A stretch of DNA of 64,000 bases, taken from NCBI GenBank assembly GCA_025965215.1, contig JAOPXI010000036.1:2915-66914 (forward strand), written 5' to 3'. Below the pieces are notes generated by a model. The model did not search any database. It had not been told where the DNA came from and saw only the letters and a program-made list of their open reading frames with translations. This DNA comes from Marmoricola sp. GTDB taxonomy: Bacteria; Actinomycetota; Actinomycetes; Propionibacteriales; Nocardioidaceae. The translations under genes were made by a program, and so were the position numbers. Positions 29,250-37,963 of this stretch are shown here, piece after piece. Numbering within the stretch: position 1 is the stretch's first letter; every line of letters starts with the position of its first letter.

Positions 29250-31316
29250 ATGACGACGACCACCAGCACCCTCGACCGGCCGCCCGTGCGGACCGTGACG
29301 ACGCCCCCAGCGCCTGCCGATCCGTCCTGGGCGCGCCCGGCGCTGGTGGTCCTGCTCCTCGGGACCGCGCTCCTGTACCTCTGGGGCCTCGGCGCCTCGG
29401 GGTGGGCCAACTCCTTCTACTCCGCCGCCGTACAGGCTGGTTCGGAGTCGTGGAAGGCCTTCTTCTTCGGCAGCTCCGATGCCGCGAACTCCATCACCGT
29501 GGACAAGACCCCCCTGTCCCTGTGGCCGATGGCGCTCTCGGTGCGCGTGTTCGGGCTCTCGAGCTGGAGCATCCTGGTCCCCCAGGCGCTGTTCGGCGTG
29601 GCCACGGTCGCGCTGCTCCACCACACCGTCCGCCGCGTGACCGGCTCCGCGGTCGCGGGACTGATCGCCGGCCTGGTGATGGCGCTCACGCCGGTCGCCG
29701 TGCTGATGTTCCGGTTCAACAACCCCGATGCGCTGCTCGCACTGCTGCTGCTCGGAGCCGGTACGGCGACGCTGCGCGCGGTCGAGGACAGCAAGGTCGA
29801 TGCCGGCCGACCCCTGCGTTGGCTCGTCCTGGCCGGCAGCCTGGTCGGCCTCGCGTTCCTGACGAAGATGATGCAGGCGTTCCTGGTCCTGCCCGCGCTG
29901 GCACTCGTGTACCTGCTGTTCGCCAGGACGAGCTGGGGACGCAAGGTCGTGCACTTGCTCGCGGCCCTCGGCGCCATGCTGCTGGCCGGTGGCTGGTGGG
30001 TCGCGATCGTCGAGCTGTGGCCGGCGGCGAGCCGTCCGTACATCGGCGGCTCCCAGAACAACTCCATCCTTGAGCTGACCCTGGGCTACAACGGTCTCGG
30101 CCGCCTGTCCGGGAACGAGACCGGCTCGGTCGGCGGGGCCGGCGGCGGCACCGGCAGCATGTGGGGCGCGACCGGCATCGGGCGGCTCTTCAGCTCCGAG
30201 GTCGGCGGTCAGATCGCCTGGCTGCTGCCGGCCGCCCTCGTCCTCGGAGCTGCGGCCCTGTGGTGGACGCGCACCGCGACGCGGGAGAACCGCAGGGTCG
30301 GCGCAGCGATCGTCATGTTCGGCGCGACCCTGGTGGTGACCGGACTGACCTTCAGCTTCATGGCCGGGATCTTCCACGCCTACTACACCGTCGCGCTGGC
30401 CCCGGCGATCGCTGCCCTGGTCGGCATCGGCGCCTGGACGCTGTGGCGCGAACGCCACGACGTGATCGCCCGAGCGGTGCTGGCGGCCAGCGTCGCCGGC
30501 ACGGCAGTCCTGGCCTACGTGCTGCTGGACCGGTCCGCGACCTTCGTGCCGTGGCTGCGGGTCCTGGTCGTCCTCGGGGGCGTCGTCGCGGCCGGCGGCC
30601 TGCTCGGCGTGCACCGGATGCCGAAGCGCTGGGCGCTGGCTGTTGCCGGGCTCGCACTGGCGACGGTGCTGGCCGGCCCGGCGTCGTACGCACTCGAGAC
30701 TGCCGGTACGCCACACAGCGGTTCGATCCCCACAGCCGGCCCGACGGTCGCCGGCGCCCGAGGCGGGCCGGGCGGGGGGCCGGGCGGGGGCCCGGGCCGT
30801 GCTCCGGGTGGGATGCGCGGTGCTTTCGGCGGGCAGCTGCCGGCCGGGCAGTTCCCGACAGGCGCGCAGGCCGGCGGTTTCGGCGGACCTCCAGGCCAAG
30901 GCACCCAGGTCGCTCCGGGCTCCCGTACCGGCAGCCACGCAGGCGGTCTGCTGGACGCGAGTACGCCGAGCGCGGCGCTGGTCAAGGTGCTCAGCTCGAA
31001 CTCGTCGAACTTCACCTGGGCGGCGGCCGCGATCGGATCGAACACGGCGTCGGGCTACCAGCTCGCGACGCAGCTGCCAGTGATGGCGATCGGGGGTTTC
31101 AACGGTTCTGATCCGAGCCCGACGCTCGCCCAGTTCGAGGCTTACGTGAAGGCCGGGAAGATCCATTGGTTCATCGCCGGCGGTGGCCGAGGCGGGGGCG
31201 GTCCGAGCGCGGGCGGTAGCACGAGCTCGGCGATCAGCGCCTGGGTCGAAGCCCACTTCACCGCGACGACAGTCAGCGGGATCACCCTCTACGACCTCTC
31301 GGGGAGCACCTCGTGA
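29250..31316 (+). CDS. GT-C fold membrane glycosyltransferase (GT39 / ArnT-like) with a Gly/Pro-rich linker and C-terminal domain
   Basis: The N-terminus has NSFYSAAVQAGSESWKAFFFGSSDAANSITVDKTPLSLW (a DxD-like loop after TM1). It has about 12 TM helices and a low-complexity GGPGGGPGGGPG segment. Confidence 0.8.
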   Translation: MTTTTSTLDRPPVRTVTTPPAPADPSWARPALVVLLLGTALLYLWGLGASGWANSFYSAAVQAGSESWKAFFFGSSDAANSITVDKTPLSLWPMALSVRVFGLSSWSILVPQALFGVATVALLHHTVRRVTGSAVAGLIAGLVMALTPVAVLMFRFNNPDALLALLLLGAGTATLRAVEDSKVDAGRPLRWLVLAGSLVGLAFLTKMMQAFLVLPALALVYLLFARTSWGRKVVHLLAALGAMLLAGGWWVAIVELWPAASRPYIGGSQNNSILELTLGYNGLGRLSGNETGSVGGAGGGTGSMWGATGIGRLFSSEVGGQIAWLLPAALVLGAAALWWTRTATRENRRVGAAIVMFGATLVVTGLTFSFMAGIFHAYYTVALAPAIAALVGIGAWTLWRERHDVIARAVLAASVAGTAVLAYVLLDRSATFVPWLRVLVVLGGVVAAGGLLGVHRMPKRWALAVAGLALATVLAGPASYALETAGTPHSGSIPTAGPTVAGARGGPGGGPGGGPGRAPGGMRGAFGGQLPAGQFPTGAQAGGFGGPPGQGTQVAPGSRTGSHAGGLLDASTPSAALVKVLSSNSSNFTWAAAAIGSNTASGYQLATQLPVMAIGGFNGSDPSPTLAQFEAYVKAGKIHWFIAGGGRGGGGPSAGGSTSSAISAWVEAHFTATTVSGITLYDLSGSTS

Positions 31317-32593
31317 GTGCGCTGGGAGAGCCCGCCGTGAGGCTCGGCACGGCGGGTCACCAGACGGTCCCGCTGCTGGACGTGGTCATCCCGGTGCACA
31401 ACGAGGAGGTCCAGCTGGCAGCCACGGTGACCCGGCTGCGCGATCATCTGCTGGCGATGCCGTGGTCCTTCCGGATCACGATCGCCGACAACGCCTCCAC
31501 CGACGCGACGTCGGCGATCGGGCGCCGGCTCAGCCACACCTACCCCGACGTCCGTGTCCAGCACCTGGCCGAGAAGGGGCGCGGTCGAGCCCTTCGGCAC
31601 GTCTGGAGCGGGTCGGACAGCGAGGTGCTGGTGTACATGGACGTCGACCTGTCGACCGATCTGGATGCCCTGCTGCCGCTGGTCGCGCCGCTGATCAGCG
31701 GGCACTCGGACCTGGCGATCGGCTCGCGGCTGGCGGGGTCTGCGCGCGTCGAGCGCGGGTTCCGGCGCGAGCTCATCTCACGGAGCTACAACCTGATCCT
31801 GCGGCAATCCCTGCGTGTCGGGTTCAGCGACGCCCAGTGCGGGTTCAAGGCGATCCGCCGCGACGCCGCGCGCGAGCTGCTCCCGCTGGTGAAGGACCAG
31901 GAGTGGTTCTTCGACACCGAACTGCTCACGCTCGCCGAGCGGGCCGGACTGCGGATCCACGAGGTGCCCGTCGACTGGATCGACGACCCCGACAGCCGGG
32001 TCGACATCGTCCGGACCGCGGTCAACGACCTCAGGGGCGTCCTGCGACTCGGGACCAGCCTCGCGCGCGGCCAGCTCCCGCTTCGGGAGGTGGCTGTCAG
32101 CCTCGGGCACACGTCCGAGGACGCCGCGATCGGCCGGCTGGGATCGCAGGTGGCGATCTTCCTGCTGATCGGCGTGCTCTCGACGCTCGCCTACGCTGCC
32201 CTGTTCCTGGGACTGCGACAGGTCACCGACGCCCTGGTCGCCAACCTGCTCGCATTGCTGGTCACCGCCGTGGCGAACACGGCCGCGAACCGGCGGTTCA
32301 GCTTCGGCGTCCGTGGTGTCGCGGGTGCGCTGCGCCAGCACGTCCAGGGACTGGTCGTCTTCGCGATCGGCCTCGGAGCCACGAGTGGAGCGATCCTGCT
32401 GCTGCCGCACGGCTCGCCTGCGGCTGCCGAGGTCGCCGTCCTGACCGTGACCAACCTGGCGGTGACGGTGATGCGCTTCTTGGCGATGCGCTTCTGGATG
32501 TTTATGCCAGCACGATCCCGGGCAGTGCCCGGGCCAGTCGACCCAGCAGGTCCTCGCGGGCGATCCCGCGCGGGTCGTGCACCCAGTCGATGA
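31313..32593 (+). CDS. Polyprenol-phosphate glycosyltransferase (GT2) fused to a GtrA-like membrane domain
   Basis: GT2 motifs are VVIPVHNEE, YMDVDLSTD, QCGFKA and FFDTELL. The C-terminal 4-TM GtrA part has ANTAANRRFSFG. GTG 31313 overlaps the upstream stop (GTGA). Confidence 0.85.
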   Translation: MSALGEPAVRLGTAGHQTVPLLDVVIPVHNEEVQLAATVTRLRDHLLAMPWSFRITIADNASTDATSAIGRRLSHTYPDVRVQHLAEKGRGRALRHVWSGSDSEVLVYMDVDLSTDLDALLPLVAPLISGHSDLAIGSRLAGSARVERGFRRELISRSYNLILRQSLRVGFSDAQCGFKAIRRDAARELLPLVKDQEWFFDTELLTLAERAGLRIHEVPVDWIDDPDSRVDIVRTAVNDLRGVLRLGTSLARGQLPLREVAVSLGHTSEDAAIGRLGSQVAIFLLIGVLSTLAYAALFLGLRQVTDALVANLLALLVTAVANTAANRRFSFGVRGVAGALRQHVQGLVVFAIGLGATSGAILLLPHGSPAAAEVAVLTVTNLAVTVMRFLAMRFWMFMPARSRAVPGPVDPAGPRGRSRAGRAPSR

Positions 32594-33128
32594 TGACGAC
32601 CTCGAGCATCGCGGCCCAACCGTTGACCAGCAGGCGCATGGTCGGGGAGTCGCTGAGCCCGAGGGCGTCGAGACCCGCAGGACCGGTCACCTCGAAGATG
32701 CGGTCGGTCAGTGCCCGCCGACCTTCCTCGTAGATGGCACGGAGCTCCTCGTTGCCACCGGCCGCAGCGCGGACCAGCGAGACGTAACCGGTGTAGTTCT
32801 CCACGACGTAGTCCAGATAGGCGCCGATCGAGACCGCCAACTGCTCGAGCGGATCCTCGATGTCGCGCGGCGCGGTGATGGCGACCAGCTGTTCGACAGC
32901 GCGCCGTACGACGGCGAGATGGAACTCCTGCTTGTTGCCGAAGTAGTGGTAGAGCAGGCCACGGGAGATGCCCGCCTCCTCAGCGAGCACCTCGATCGAG
33001 ATCTCGTCGAGCGTTCTGGTCGAGAGCAGTTGCGTTCCCAGCTCGAGGAGCTGTTCGCGCCGGCTCTCGGGCGACATCCGGATGCGGCTGCCCGTTGCAG
33101 GCCCGCTGGTCGTCGACATGTGTCCCAT
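32502..33128 (-). CDS. TetR/AcrR family transcriptional regulator
   Basis: The HTH is ISIEVLAEEAGISRGLLYHYFGNKQEF. It is divergent from the BVMO gene. ATG 33119 is an alternative start. Confidence 0.88.
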   Translation of the reverse strand: MGHMSTTSGPATGSRIRMSPESRREQLLELGTQLLSTRTLDEISIEVLAEEAGISRGLLYHYFGNKQEFHLAVVRRAVEQLVAITAPRDIEDPLEQLAVSIGAYLDYVVENYTGYVSLVRAAAGGNEELRAIYEEGRRALTDRIFEVTGPAGLDALGLSDSPTMRLLVNGWAAMLEVVIIDWVHDPRGIAREDLLGRLARALPGIVLA

Positions 33129-33142
33129 ATTACTGAACCTCA

Positions 33143-33173
33143 GTCAATAACGCTATTGACGGTTGTTCAACAA
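33143..33173. promoter_or_regulatory. Candidate TetR operators in the tetR / BVMO divergent intergenic region
   Basis: GTCAATA-ACGC-TATTGAC (33143-33160, perfect 7-nt arms) and the adjacent TTGTT-C-AACAA (33163-33173). The stretch is AT-rich in a 70% GC genome. Confidence 0.5.
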
Positions 33174-33189
33174 GCGTTAGGATTCCTAC

Positions 33190-34746
33190 ATGACAACCAC
33201 GACCTCCGCTGCCGCGTCGGGCACCGAGACCCTGCCCGAACACGTCCGGGTACTCGTCGTCGGCGCCGGCTTCGCAGGGCTCGGCATGGCGATCAAGCTC
33301 GAGGAAGCAGGCCACGCCGACTTCCTCGTCGTCGACAAGGGTGACACCGTCGGCGGCACGTGGCGCGACAACACCTACCCGGGTGCCGCCTGCGACGTAC
33401 CGAGTCAGCTGTACTCGTTCTCGTTCGCGCCCAACCCGACCTGGTCGCGGTCCTTCTCCCCGCAGTCCGAGATCCACGCCTACCTCCAGGACGTCGCCCA
33501 GCGCGCTGGCGTTCTCGACCGTTTCCGATTCGGGACCACTGTCCAGGACGCGGCCTGGGACACCGAGGACCAGGTGTGGACCGTGGTGACCAGCGCCGGC
33601 ACCCTCACCGCCGACGTCCTGATCAGTGGATCCGGTGGGCTCTCGGAGCCGAAGGACCCCGACATCAAGGGCATCGACAGCTTCGGCGGCGCGATCTTCC
33701 ACACCGCCCGCTGGGACCACGACGTCGACCTGACCGGGAAGCGGGTCGCCGTCATCGGGACCGGCGCCTCTGCCATCCAGGTGATCCCGGAGATCGCGAA
33801 GACCGTCGCCCATCTCGACGTCTACCAGCGCACCGCACCCTGGGTGATGCCTCGGCACGACCGCGCGTACACCGGCATCGAGCGCCTCGGTTTCCGTTAC
33901 CTGCCGGGCTTGCAGAAGATCTACCGCTCGGCGATCTACTGGGGCCGCGAGACCTACGTCCCGGGCTTCACGCGGGCCCCGAAGATCCTGTCGCCCGCAC
34001 AGAGGATGGCACTGGGCAACATCCGCAACGGCATCAGCGACCCGGAACTGCAGGAGAAGGTCACCCCCGACTTCCAGATCGGCTGCAAGCGCATCCTGAT
34101 CTCCAACACCTACTACCCCGCGCTGGCGCAGGACAACGTCGAGGTGATCACCGACGGGATCACAGAGATCACCCCGACCGGGATCGTCACCCGCGACGCC
34201 CGCACGAACGAACTCCGTGAACGCGACGTCGACGTCCTGATCGTCGCGACCGGGTTCTTCACCACCGACCAGCCGATCGCCCACCACATCAAGGGCCGCG
34301 AGGGACGCACCCTCGGGGACGTCTGGGCCGAGACCGGCATGACGTCGTACAAGGGCACCACCGCGGCCGGCTTCCCGAACCTGTTCCAGATCGTCGGCGC
34401 GAACACCGGGCTGGGCCACTCGAGCATGGTCTTCATGATCGAGAGCCAGATCGCCTACATCCTCTCGGCCCTGCAGCAGATGGGTGAGCGCGGCATCGCC
34501 GCGGTCGAGCCCACCAAGGCCGCCCAGGCCGCCTGGAACGACGACCTGCAACGACGGATGAAGAGAACCGTCTGGAGCACCGGCGGCTGCGCCAGCTGGT
34601 ACCTCGACGAGCACGGCCGCAACACCACGCTCTGGCCGCGCACGACGTTCGCGTTCCGCGCACTGCTGCGCAGCTTCGACATCGAGCAGTACGTCCTGAC
34701 CACCCGGTCCGGCGCCCCCACCCGCACCAAGGAGCACGTCGCATGA
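33190..34746 (+). CDS. Flavin-dependent Baeyer-Villiger-type monooxygenase
   Basis: Motifs VGAGFAGLG and the BVMO fingerprint-like FGGAIFHTARWDHD, plus a second Rossmann motif VAVIGTGASAIQ. Confidence 0.85.
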   Translation: MTTTTSAAASGTETLPEHVRVLVVGAGFAGLGMAIKLEEAGHADFLVVDKGDTVGGTWRDNTYPGAACDVPSQLYSFSFAPNPTWSRSFSPQSEIHAYLQDVAQRAGVLDRFRFGTTVQDAAWDTEDQVWTVVTSAGTLTADVLISGSGGLSEPKDPDIKGIDSFGGAIFHTARWDHDVDLTGKRVAVIGTGASAIQVIPEIAKTVAHLDVYQRTAPWVMPRHDRAYTGIERLGFRYLPGLQKIYRSAIYWGRETYVPGFTRAPKILSPAQRMALGNIRNGISDPELQEKVTPDFQIGCKRILISNTYYPALAQDNVEVITDGITEITPTGIVTRDARTNELRERDVDVLIVATGFFTTDQPIAHHIKGREGRTLGDVWAETGMTSYKGTTAAGFPNLFQIVGANTGLGHSSMVFMIESQIAYILSALQQMGERGIAAVEPTKAAQAAWNDDLQRRMKRTVWSTGGCASWYLDEHGRNTTLWPRTTFAFRALLRSFDIEQYVLTTRSGAPTRTKEHVA

Positions 34747-35579
34747 AGACTCTTCAGGACAAGGTCGTCGTCATCACCGGAGCCGGCGGCGGCATGGGTC
34801 GCGAGATGGCGCTCAAGGCGGCCCGCGACGGCGCCCTGCTCGCGATCTCCGACTGGAACGCCGAAGCGCTCGCCGAGACGGTCGACCTGGTCAAGGGCCT
34901 CGGCGCCGAGGTGCGCAGCGACGTCATCGACGTCTCCGACCGCGCCGCGATGGGCACCTGGGCGACCGCGGTCGCCGAGCAGTTCGGCCGCGTCAACGTC
35001 GTGGTCAACAACGCCGGCGTGACCGTCACGGGTGACTTCGAGGAGATGTCGTACGAGGACTTCGACTGGATCGTCGGTGTCAACTTCCTCGGCGTCGTCA
35101 ACGGCACCAAAGAGTTCCTGCCGCACCTGATCGCCTCGGGCGACGGCGCGCTGGTCAACATCTCCAGCTTGTTCGGCCTGATCTCGATGCCCGGCCAGAC
35201 CGCCTACAACGCCACCAAGTACGCCGTCCGCGGCTTCACCGAGGCGCTGCGCGAGGAGATGCTGATCAACAAGCATCCGGTCTCGGTGACCTGCGTGCAC
35301 CCCGGTGGCATCAAGACCGGCATCTCCCGCAACGGTCGCAAGACCGCCAGCCAGGACGGTGCCAAGCTCGACGAGCTGTTCGAGAAGCGCTTGGCTCGGA
35401 TGACTGCTGACAAGGCCGCCGACATCATCCTCGAGGCCGCGTTGAAGAAGAAGGCGCGGGTGCTCGTCGGGATCGACGCGCACATCATCCACAACGTCGC
35501 GAAGTTCGCCGGGTCGACGTACCAGGATGTCGTCGCCTGGGGCGCTCCCAAGACGATGCCCAAACCGAAGAAGAGCTGA
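34743..35579 (+). CDS. SDR family oxidoreductase
   Basis: Motifs TGAGGGMG, NNAG and YNATKYAV (YxxxK). Its start overlaps the BVMO stop (ATGA). Confidence 0.88.
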   Translation: MKTLQDKVVVITGAGGGMGREMALKAARDGALLAISDWNAEALAETVDLVKGLGAEVRSDVIDVSDRAAMGTWATAVAEQFGRVNVVVNNAGVTVTGDFEEMSYEDFDWIVGVNFLGVVNGTKEFLPHLIASGDGALVNISSLFGLISMPGQTAYNATKYAVRGFTEALREEMLINKHPVSVTCVHPGGIKTGISRNGRKTASQDGAKLDELFEKRLARMTADKAADIILEAALKKKARVLVGIDAHIIHNVAKFAGSTYQDVVAWGAPKTMPKPKKS

Positions 35580-35605
35580 GGTTTCCAAACCCCTAGGCTT
35601 GCCGC

Positions 35606-36133
35606 GTGACCGACCTGCGTGCCGTACGCGTCCTGACGCGCAAGTGGCCCGACGAGCCGCACTGGGAGTTCGACGCGCTGCACCTCGGTGCGGATGCGTG
35701 GGGTCACTGGGTCGGTGTACCGAAGGGCACCTGGCTCTCGAAGCCCGGCAAGGGCTTCACCGCGTGGGCCGACCACGTGGTCCTGCTCCCGTACGACGCC
35801 TGGTGGGTGGCGACGATCTACGGCAACGAGGCCGACCGCCCGGTCGACTTCTACGTCGACGTGACCACCCCCTGCGCCTGGTCGGCCGACGAGGGGGAGG
35901 TGCGTTGCGTCGACCTCGACCTCGACGTGATCGGCGAGACCGACGGTCGGGTGTGGATCGACGACGAGGACGAGTTCGCCGAGCACCAGGTCGCGTTCGG
36001 CTACCCGGCTGACGTCATCGGAGCCGCGCGTCGCAGCTGCGACGAGGTCTTCGCAGCGATGTCGGACGGGCAGAGTCCGTTCGACGGGACCGCCGGTCGC
36101 TGGATCGAGAAGCTTCAGAGAAGACCTGTGTAG
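35606..36133 (+). CDS. DUF402 (FomD-like) domain protein
   Basis: Motifs YVDVTTP and VDLDLDV are typical of DUF402. Confidence 0.75.
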   Translation: MTDLRAVRVLTRKWPDEPHWEFDALHLGADAWGHWVGVPKGTWLSKPGKGFTAWADHVVLLPYDAWWVATIYGNEADRPVDFYVDVTTPCAWSADEGEVRCVDLDLDVIGETDGRVWIDDEDEFAEHQVAFGYPADVIGAARRSCDEVFAAMSDGQSPFDGTAGRWIEKLQRRPV

Positions 36134-36828
36134 GGATCCCGGTCGGTGATGCAGTACGTCGCGCCGGACGGGTCCCGCAGCACGGTCCAGCGCTGCCGGG
36201 TCGCCTCGACCCGGGCCCCGAGGTCGCGGTGCCGGTCGGTCTCCGCAGCCCGGTCGGTGGTGGCGATGTCGAGATGGGCACGCACCGGTCCGTCGGCATC
36301 GTGGAGACGCTGGAGCAGGATCCGCAGCGGCAGGTGCTCGGGCCTCACCAGGTAGCTGAACTCCGGGCGCGACGACGCGACCAGGTCCCAGCCGGTCAGC
36401 TCGGCCCAGAAGACGCATTCGTCCTCGTACGCCGCAGCCGGGATGTCCAGACAGACCTGGTCGACCAGGCTCGCGTGTCCCGCGGCCCAGATCCTGGGGA
36501 GCGGACGCGTGCTCTCGCCCTCGGCGTCGGACACCTCGCACCAGAGCAGGCCGCCAGGCGAGGTGCGGATCGCGAACGAGTGGTCGGGCGCATGCAGGTC
36601 GACGTGGATCCCGGCGGGCCCACGTTCGACCCGCTGCAGCCGGAGGTAGGCGTCACCGTCGGGCGGTACGAAGGTCGCGAACTCGCCGGCACTCCCCCGC
36701 ACCGGCGACAGGCTCGAGCCGGTGACTGCTGCCCAGAAGCTCCGGCAGTCGTCGTAGCGAGAGGCAGGCACGTCGATGAACGCGGTGATCCAGGTGACGT
36801 CCGGCGGCACGCTCGGTGGCTGGTCCAT
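36115..36828 (-). CDS. VOC/glyoxalase-like two-domain protein
   Basis: Repeated modules FWAAVTG...HVDLH and FWAELTG...AHLDI are typical of glyoxalase-like domains. Confidence 0.65.
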   Translation of the reverse strand: MDQPPSVPPDVTWITAFIDVPASRYDDCRSFWAAVTGSSLSPVRGSAGEFATFVPPDGDAYLRLQRVERGPAGIHVDLHAPDHSFAIRTSPGGLLWCEVSDAEGESTRPLPRIWAAGHASLVDQVCLDIPAAAYEDECVFWAELTGWDLVASSRPEFSYLVRPEHLPLRILLQRLHDADGPVRAHLDIATTDRAAETDRHRDLGARVEATRQRWTVLRDPSGATYCITDRDPYTGLL

Positions 36829-36841
36829 GGAAGGGGCAACC

Positions 36842-37963
36842 CTAGTCGGCCAGGGGCGGGAGCTCGTCGGTTGCTGCCAGCGGATCCATCCCGGCCACGG
36901 CGAGCAGGTCGGCGATCAGCGACCGCACCTGGGCCAGGACGACCTCGGCGGAGAGCACGTTCGTCCGCTGCAGGTGCGAGGACGCCCGGGCCAGCCCCAG
37001 CAGCGGCTCGAGTGCCGCGGTCGCCATCCGGTTCGCCCCCAGCTCGCGCGCCATCAGGTCGGTGACGTCGGCCAGGTCGCGCAGGAACACCGAGTACGCC
37101 GCCGGGATCGGCTCCCCGCGGTAGCAGGCCACCGCGATCCGGCGGGCCAGGACACGGGTGCTGCGCAGCGCGAAGTCGACGGGCTCGACGAGATCGGCCA
37201 TCCGCCGTACGTCGTCCTTGTGCCGATACCGGAACGGTGAGGAGGCCACCACGGAGAGCCCTTCGTCCGAGGCAGCGCGCAGCTCGGCGATCAACCCGTC
37301 GGTACGCCGGGCATCGGCCAGCGTTGCGAGCGCCAGCTCGACGTCGCCGTCCTCGATCCGCATCGCCGAGGACCGCAGCAGCGCGGCGACCTTGCGGATC
37401 ACCACGGCCACCTGCTCGCGGGGCCGACGCAGAGGCGCTCGCGGGACCAGCGTTGCCGCGACGAGTGCGACCGCCCCTCCGATCAAGGCATCGCTCCAGC
37501 GTAGGAACGCCTTGCCCGGATCCGGGATCAGGGTGCTCACCACGATCGCCTGGACCGCCGCCTGGGTCACGAAGATCGCACCGGCGTCCAGCAGCAGCGC
37601 CGAGACCATCGCCAGGCTCACGATCAGCGCGATCTGCCAGGAACCGGAGCCGAGCACGTGCGTGATCGCATCGCCGAGGAAGACGCCGATCGCGACCCCC
37701 AGGGTCACCTCGGCCACCCGTCGCAGCCGCTGCCCGTAGGTCGTCCCGAGGCTGACCACGGCGGCGATCGGAGCGAAGAACGGCTGGGCGTGCCCGATCA
37801 GGTCGTGGGCGACGTACCAGGCGACTCCGGCGGCCAGGGCGCACTGGCCGACCTGCCAGCTCTTCGAGCGCAGTCGGGCGATCCGGGCACGCAGCGAGGT
37901 CCGGCCGCGGTTGAGAGCGAGATCGAGTGCCGGTCTGGCAGGACGCGTGCTACTTCCCGCCAC
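36842..37963 (-). CDS. FUSC / aromatic-acid-exporter family membrane protein
   Basis: An N-terminal multi-TM segment (WQVGQCALAAGVAWYVAH..., PIAAVVSLG) is followed by a cytoplasmic helical domain. Confidence 0.7.
   Translation of the reverse strand: MAGSSTRPARPALDLALNRGRTSLRARIARLRSKSWQVGQCALAAGVAWYVAHDLIGHAQPFFAPIAAVVSLGTTYGQRLRRVAEVTLGVAIGVFLGDAITHVLGSGSWQIALIVSLAMVSALLLDAGAIFVTQAAVQAIVVSTLIPDPGKAFLRWSDALIGGAVALVAATLVPRAPLRRPREQVAVVIRKVAALLRSSAMRIEDGDVELALATLADARRTDGLIAELRAASDEGLSVVASSPFRYRHKDDVRRMADLVEPVDFALRSTRVLARRIAVACYRGEPIPAAYSVFLRDLADVTDLMARELGANRMATAALEPLLGLARASSHLQRTNVLSAEVVLAQVRSLIADLLAVAGMDPLAATDELPPLAD

Noticed and set aside
30730-30900. A G/C-rich repetitive nucleotide tract (GGGCCGGGCGGG-like units), considered as a possible repeat element or contingency locus
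   Set aside because: It is in frame and encodes the GGPGGGPGGGPG linker of the GT-C protein. It is a low-complexity coding sequence with imperfect units, not a discrete repeat element.
29076-31256. A 726-aa minus-strand ORF opposite the GT39/ArnT-like gene
   Set aside because: Its sequence is Arg/Pro/Gly-rich and low-complexity. The plus-strand product has a coherent 12-TM GT-C architecture.
33130-34737. A 535-aa minus-strand ORF opposite the BVMO gene
   Set aside because: It is a shadow frame. The plus strand carries FAD/NADP Rossmann motifs and the BVMO fingerprint.
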